Shown here: positions 31,699 to 36,109 of the stretch, in pieces | Numbering within the stretch: the first letter of the stretch is position 1 | How the letters are laid out: the number at the start of each line of letters is the position of its first letter | Origin: a virus | DNA: 36,109 nucleotides | IMG/VR virus record: IMGVR_UViG_3300033273_000066 | Span: 1 to 36,109 of that record | Direction: 5' to 3' (one strand) | Translations under genes and position numbers: made by a program | Notes under the pieces: model-generated | What the model was told of the DNA's origin: nothing | The model's input: only the letters and a program-made list of their open reading frames with translations | Databases searched by the model: none

Positions 31699-32370
31699 TT
31701 AATTTGCGTGCTCGCCGTGGATTCTAGTAATCGTCATGGTCGCCGCAGGAGATGCCGGCGAAAACGATGTTGCCGCTGTTGAATTTAAACTGCCCTGCGT
31801 TTTACTTACCGCCCACTTGGCCTCTAGGTAATCATTTGCATCAAAGCTGAAAACTGCGCTGCGTGACACCACTAGCGTTGCACCGTTGTTGTGCAAAACA
31901 TTGACCATTGTTGATCCAGTGATGTTTGTTCCGTTTTTCGCAGGCCAGAAATAAAAGGTTACGTCACTGCCAGATGACGATGTGATTTCTGCCGTGAAAT
32001 TGATCAGGTACTCGCCAGCTTCTTCAAATACAATGCGCTCTGGGTTTGTACCATCGCGGTCAATATATTTGTTGCCTGTCGGCGCATCGAACGTGATTGA
32101 ATACGCAGTGTTCGCTGCTGCCGCTGTTACGTCCGTAGAACGGATTAGCGATGCATGACCGCCCTCCATCACGATCTGACGAAACTCATTGTTGTACGAA
32201 ACAACTGGGTAGCCATACTCACGATCAAATAAAATAACGCCATCTTCCGACGGGTTATCTTGTGAAGTCTTATATCCTAACTTGGCCAAGTTGACCTGCA
32301 GGAACTGCGTAAGCTGCCGCCCCCACTGCGTTAAGTCAGGTCCAATCGGAGGTAGTATTGGGCTAGGCAC
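31699..32370 (-). CDS. Tail/fibre-associated protein with a beta-sandwich-like C-terminal domain (223 aa)
   Basis: The C-terminal region (YLINFTAEITSSSGSDVTFYFW...VFSFDANDYLEAKW) looks like a C1q/TNF-like jelly roll. Weak call made by eye. Confidence 0.35.
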   Translation of the reverse strand: MPSPILPPIGPDLTQWGRQLTQFLQVNLAKLGYKTSQDNPSEDGVILFDREYGYPVVSYNNEFRQIVMEGGHASLIRSTDVTAAAANTAYSITFDAPTGNKYIDRDGTNPERIVFEEAGEYLINFTAEITSSSGSDVTFYFWPAKNGTNITGSTMVNVLHNNGATLVVSRSAVFSFDANDYLEAKWAVSKTQGSLNSTAATSFSPASPAATMTITRIHGEHAN

Positions 32371-33860
32371 TACCGTCTACCTCCTGCGATTGTGTCGATG
32401 CGCATGTTGCCAACTTTCCACTGCGTTGCCCGCTGCCCCTCAACACGCATGCGCAACTGTCGGCCAGAAAAGCGAACGCTTGTTGGGTTTGCCGGCGTGA
32501 ATGGCCCGTGAGTAGTTTCAGTGGCATTGGGGTAGAAGCGCGTCTTAAATGTAACGTCAACATCGCCTTGCGTGATTTCGTCAGGTATCAACTTAGTGAC
32601 CTTCGCGATCTGGTCGCCATTGCCCAAGCTAATTGGCCCCGTTTCCGCAAATGTTGTTGCGCTGTCAAAGTTATATCCGACTTCGTGATCATAGATGTCG
32701 CTGTCTGCGTTGTGACCCGCCATGAACGGATAACGGAATACGCCGCGCTGCACACCTGATGTGCGAGACAACTCACCGATTAGCCAGTGGTTTTCCTTGT
32801 AGTCAAATGCAACGTAGCGGTCGATCTCAGTGCTGTTGGACGAGCAATAGAACCACCAAATTTCGCCGTATTGTCCATTTGCGAACGACCAAACTTTTGA
32901 TTGTTGAGAAACATTGAAGTCGCCAAACACATAATCGTGAACGTCACACGGGATTTCAGACACGCTGTTACCGTCGAAGCGGAAGAAACCGCGCGGCCCC
33001 ATCCAGAATACGCCCATATCTACATCAGATGCAGAATGCCGTGAAATAGCGCCACAGGAAGTCCCTACTCTCTGGAATGAGTAAACGTAAGGCGGGCCTG
33101 AGTATCGAGCTGCAAAGGCATCGACATCTGTAATGATAAGCGTTTGACCGCGCGTGCGGATCCCCTGCATAATCTGGCCAGATGTTTGTAGCTCCTGCGA
33201 CCCAGCTTGGTTTGTCGTTGATGGCGTCCAAGTTGTGTTGTCCTCGAAGTCACACCAAGCGACCGACCTCGGATTGCCGCCTGCGCCCAATGCAAAAATA
33301 AAGCGTTCTTCGGTCACAACTAAGCCAAGGTTGCTCGTTGGCGCGTTGCTGATCGCGGCTGCGTTCGTTGCGGTGTTAAGTTGCCACTCCAGCAAACGCC
33401 CATCGTCATAATGACACGCGACTAGGTACTCACCCCAGTTATCTAGTGACCAAGACGTTGCCTCTTGGATAACACTGTCATCGCCTTCTTGAACAGGCTG
33501 ACCATAGTAACCAACACCATAAGCACCACCACCAAAACCAGTGTTCGTTGCTGCATCTTCACGGCCTGTCGCAAGATCGCTTGGCGTAATGTCGGTCAGT
33601 GTGCCTGAACCTGTCATCACCTTCAGTTCGCTATGCGATCCACCCGCCAACCATGCGTTGCCGTTCTGCGCCTCCCATGCATGCAGACCGCGCACTGGGT
33701 TTGTGGCAAATGATGTCTTGCGTTCACGCCAGCCACCAATCGGGCGCAAGCTATTGTCACGCCAGCGCACCAGTGATCCGTCGCGCCAGCGACCCGCTTG
33801 CTCTAGGTCAGTGCCGTTACGATAAAAACCTGCGGGGATGTCTAGCGGTATAAGTGTCAT
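32370..33860 (-). CDS. Tail hub/nozzle-like structural protein, beta-propeller-like (496 aa)
   Basis: Trp/Gly-rich repeated beta segments (GGWRERK, WLAGG, WGEYLV, VAWCDF, VFWMGPRGFF, IWWFY). Lies within the tail genes. Confidence 0.4.
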   Translation of the reverse strand: MTLIPLDIPAGFYRNGTDLEQAGRWRDGSLVRWRDNSLRPIGGWRERKTSFATNPVRGLHAWEAQNGNAWLAGGSHSELKVMTGSGTLTDITPSDLATGREDAATNTGFGGGAYGVGYYGQPVQEGDDSVIQEATSWSLDNWGEYLVACHYDDGRLLEWQLNTATNAAAISNAPTSNLGLVVTEERFIFALGAGGNPRSVAWCDFEDNTTWTPSTTNQAGSQELQTSGQIMQGIRTRGQTLIITDVDAFAARYSGPPYVYSFQRVGTSCGAISRHSASDVDMGVFWMGPRGFFRFDGNSVSEIPCDVHDYVFGDFNVSQQSKVWSFANGQYGEIWWFYCSSNSTEIDRYVAFDYKENHWLIGELSRTSGVQRGVFRYPFMAGHNADSDIYDHEVGYNFDSATTFAETGPISLGNGDQIAKVTKLIPDEITQGDVDVTFKTRFYPNATETTHGPFTPANPTSVRFSGRQLRMRVEGQRATQWKVGNMRIDTIAGGRR

Positions 33861-33872
33861 TACTGACGCTCC

Positions 33873-34370
33873 TTACGAAATGGTGCCGTTTGTATTTACA
33901 TCGCCCGTAACCGTCAGGTTGCCTGATGTGTCTAACTCCATTTTTGCTGTGCCAGCATATTTTATGATCAGCTTGTTTAACGAAACTTCAAACGTCCAGT
34001 CATTGGAACCATTGTCAATGACAAAACTATTTGCAGTCATCGCCGCATCAACATCAACTGCACCCGTGAAATTAGCTCCAGACAAAGGTGCTTTTGCATC
34101 TAACTGCGTCTGTATATTTGACGTAACACCATCAACGTAATTGACTTCCGCTGTTGTGGCAGTCACACCGTCCATGATGTTCAACTCTGCGGCTGTTGCG
34201 GTGACATCAGTGCCGTTGATCGTCAGTGTACTGAGGTCAGGCGCGATTGTGTTTGTGCCGTCAGCGTTATTGTTTACGCCATCTACAATCGTGTCCAACG
34301 CAGTGTTAATCGTCGTGCCCCAAGTGTCCTCTGAACCGCCAACTGTGGGTTTAGTAATGCTGATTGCCAT
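33873..34370 (-). CDS. Short tail-fibre-like protein (165 aa)
   Basis: Contains TATAAELNIMDGVTATTAEVNYVDGVTSNIQTQLDAKAPLSGANFTG, a fibre-type repeat motif. Confidence 0.55.
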   Translation of the reverse strand: MAISITKPTVGGSEDTWGTTINTALDTIVDGVNNNADGTNTIAPDLSTLTINGTDVTATAAELNIMDGVTATTAEVNYVDGVTSNIQTQLDAKAPLSGANFTGAVDVDAAMTANSFVIDNGSNDWTFEVSLNKLIIKYAGTAKMELDTSGNLTVTGDVNTNGTIS

Positions 34371-34403
34371 GTTCTAATCCTTTGTTAAACGCACAATACC
34401 ACG

Positions 34404-35243
34404 CTACGCAGCATCCGTCCATGTTTCGGTAAGCACCGCCTGTTCTATCCAAGTCTGCGCGCCAACGACAGGCTCTAGCCAGCCGCGAACAATAATATTT
34501 TGGCCCGTATATACATATGTAGATACGCCCAAATCTACAGTCATTTGCTTGCTAAAGGTAAAATCACGTCCTGTGACAGTGAAAGAACCATTGGATAGAG
34601 CAATTTCACGACCCGCAAACAGCGTAACGTCTTGCCCAGAAAGTGTGAATGAACCCGCGCCCGCATCTACATTCATCGCAATGTTGAAGGTGACATCCTG
34701 ACCACTTAGTGCAAAGCTGCCAACTTCCAGTAACTCTGATATGCCAAAGTCAATTTTGTTTCCTGTTACTGTGTAGGAACCACTGCCCGCAGAAATGTTA
34801 AACTGCGCGTTGATGTCCGCATCCTGCCCAGTAAGAGCGAATGATCCAGCCGCAAAACTTTCAGATATATCAACGTCAATTTCTTGGCCTGTTACAGAGA
34901 ATGTACCTGCGTCAGCCAGAATGCTTATGTGTACGATATACGACTGATCCTGACCTGACAGGGTATAGCTGCCACTGTCTGCAACAAAGCCATAACCTTT
35001 AGCAAGTTCGACTGTATTGCCTGTGACCGCATACGATCCGCTGCCCGCGTCAAACGACATTACCTTGGTAAAGTCTACCGCGCGACCACTAAGAATGTAC
35101 TGACCGTTTGGTACAAACTCTGTAATCAGCTTGGCTGCCCCCTGACCACTGACCGCATATGTACCAGATGTGATGTCTAATATGTAATCAGATGTTCCGC
35201 TACTGGCTATTGGGCCTGCGGCTATCGGGGTAAAGCCAAGCAT
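34404..35243 (-). CDS. Repeat protein: about 11 tandem 20-22-aa units (consensus xAGSGSFxLSGQDVxFxxxx), probably a beta-solenoid tail appendage (279 aa)
   Basis: Repeats were read directly from the translation. Lies within the fibre cluster. Confidence 0.55.
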   Translation of the reverse strand: MLGFTPIAAGPIASSGTSDYILDITSGTYAVSGQGAAKLITEFVPNGQYILSGRAVDFTKVMSFDAGSGSYAVTGNTVELAKGYGFVADSGSYTLSGQDQSYIVHISILADAGTFSVTGQEIDVDISESFAAGSFALTGQDADINAQFNISAGSGSYTVTGNKIDFGISELLEVGSFALSGQDVTFNIAMNVDAGAGSFTLSGQDVTLFAGREIALSNGSFTVTGRDFTFSKQMTVDLGVSTYVYTGQNIIVRGWLEPVVGAQTWIEQAVLTETWTDAA

Positions 35244-35250
35244 GTGTCAC

Positions 35251-35622
35251 CTATGGTTTAGTGGGCCAATCGGTATCAAGTAGATTAGGCCAGTTAGCGT
35301 GGCTTGTTATGTCACGGAGCGCTTGACGGTAATTCGTTTCTGCCGGTGTCATAGTTCGATCACCTACCGCCCACCAATCCGTTTCTTGAAGGAGGTAATT
35401 ACGCTCTCCACGGTTTAATTCCGCATTGGCTTCATTTGCCCAACTACTATCAAGTGTGACAACATTATCGGCCGACACCACCATGTCCCGACTATACTGT
35501 CCGTTATGAACGAAACCGCCATGCGTTTCGACGTGTGAGGTTGCTTCTGCTAAAGTTTCAAACTCTGCATACTTACTTACTTTATTGTCTGAGACAGACA
35601 CTATTGCTGTAAACATTGACAT
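35251..35622 (-). CDS. Tail fibre assembly chaperone (Caudo_TAP/Tfa-like, 123 aa)
   Basis: AGGAGG lies 4 nt upstream of the ATG at 35622. The C-terminus (RNYLLQETDWWAVGDRTMTPAETNYRQALRDITSHANWPNLLDTDWPTKP) matches the Tfa signature. It lies directly downstream of a fibre-like gene. Confidence 0.6.
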   Translation of the reverse strand: MSMFTAIVSVSDNKVSKYAEFETLAEATSHVETHGGFVHNGQYSRDMVVSADNVVTLDSSWANEANAELNRGERNYLLQETDWWAVGDRTMTPAETNYRQALRDITSHANWPNLLDTDWPTKP

Positions 35623-35630
35623 AATTCCTC

Positions 35631-36109
35631 CTAGCGCCAACCTGCATACCAATTACCAGCCGAATTAGAACGGCTGTTAGTTGAAAGCACTTGCACTCTA
35701 TCCAAGGTAGCTGATAAGGTTTTCCAACCGCCACCCCCTGTCTGTCTTGTATTTTCAGGGTCTAAAAGCATTGATTTCGCTGACCATGTTAAGCCGTCAC
35801 GACTTAAGAGATGAACAATACCACCATGCCTTGCACTAGAAGGGCAATGACCTATTGAATATGCATCGCTTCTCGTGTTTGTTGAGCCGCCAAAAGCTAC
35901 ATTCCCCACGGAATAATAACCTGATGTTTCAAGACCACCACTATCCCCAATTCTCAGTTCTAGATAGTCACTGCTATTAAGTCTGTAATTTTGAAAGACT
36001 ATAACTACTTCTCGTGTGCCTGACATACCTGTTACTGTAGCGTTGTGATTTTGTAGTCCTGACCAAGTAAAATCACCACCCGCAGAAATATCACCAGAGC
36101 CAAGAATAC
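35631..36109 (-). CDS. 3' part of the same junction-spanning tail-fibre-like gene (35969..36109 duplicates 1..141)
   Basis: The frame stays open upstream of the track ORF start at 36026 to the window edge. Stop is at 35631, immediately followed by a fibre-chaperone gene. Confidence 0.7.
   Translation of the reverse strand, partial: ILGSGDISAGGDFTWSGLQNHNATVTGMSGTREVVIVFQNYRLNSSDYLELRIGDSGGLETSGYYSVGNVAFGGSTNTRSDAYSIGHCPSSARHGGIVHLLSRDGLTWSAKSMLLDPENTRQTGGGGWKTLSATLDRVQVLSTNSRSNSAGNWYAGWR
35969..36109. repeat. Terminal direct repeat, copy 2 (identical to 1..141)
   Basis: Same 141-nt string as the window start (cactgctattaagtctg...gccaagaatac). Confidence 0.95.

Overview
The window is a complete tailed dsDNA phage genome, not a bacterial chromosome segment. 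Bases 1..141 are identical to 35969..36109, so the unique length is 35,968 bp and the molecule is circular, circularly permuted or terminally redundant. About 93% is coding. I see no tape-measure, tail-tube or sheath gene, so it looks podovirus-like. A lipoprotein-type unimolecular spanin suggests a Gram-negative host.

Layout on the circular map:
- Late operon, minus strand: 11614 down to 248, then across the junction from 35968 down to 27252. It holds micro-ORFs, unknown proteins, portal, scaffold, an SU10/HK97-type major capsid protein, an adaptor-like protein, five fibre-like genes with a fibre chaperone, a beta-propeller tail protein and three Gly/Ala-rich putative ejection proteins. It ends at a strand-specific intrinsic terminator (26920..26948).
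- Short early unit, minus strand (26858..25856), followed by a free-standing HNH gene.
- Lysis cassette, plus strand (23557..25393): holin-like proteins, Amidase_2 endolysin, u-spanin.
- Long early/middle operon, minus strand (23455..14300): RHH regulator, RuvC-like resolvase, PD-(D/E)XK exonuclease, SSB-like protein, Toprim/RecA-type primase-helicase, second HNH, small unknowns, TerS and TerL.
- Self-contained plus-strand cassette (11761..14139), wedged between terL and the head of the late operon: SprT-like HExxH protein, OB-like protein, small protein, ParB/DGQHR-like protein.

I found no DNA polymerase, integrase, tRNA, CRISPR array or methyltransferase.

Most interesting non-genic signals:
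- The palindrome TGTTAACA occurs six times, always intergenic and always paired with a related 8-mer 10-11 bp away. It sits inside four sigma70-like promoters and directly on the terL start codon.
- A 150-bp array of CCACAGT/ACTGTGG iterons surrounds an 18-bp AT-rich palindrome (17481..17626).
- A 12-bp perfect inverted repeat lies upstream of the primase-helicase gene.
- A terminator hairpin lies just upstream of the late operon.
- About 310 bp of ambiguous coding status separates terS from terL.

All functional calls come from motif recognition by eye. No database search was run.
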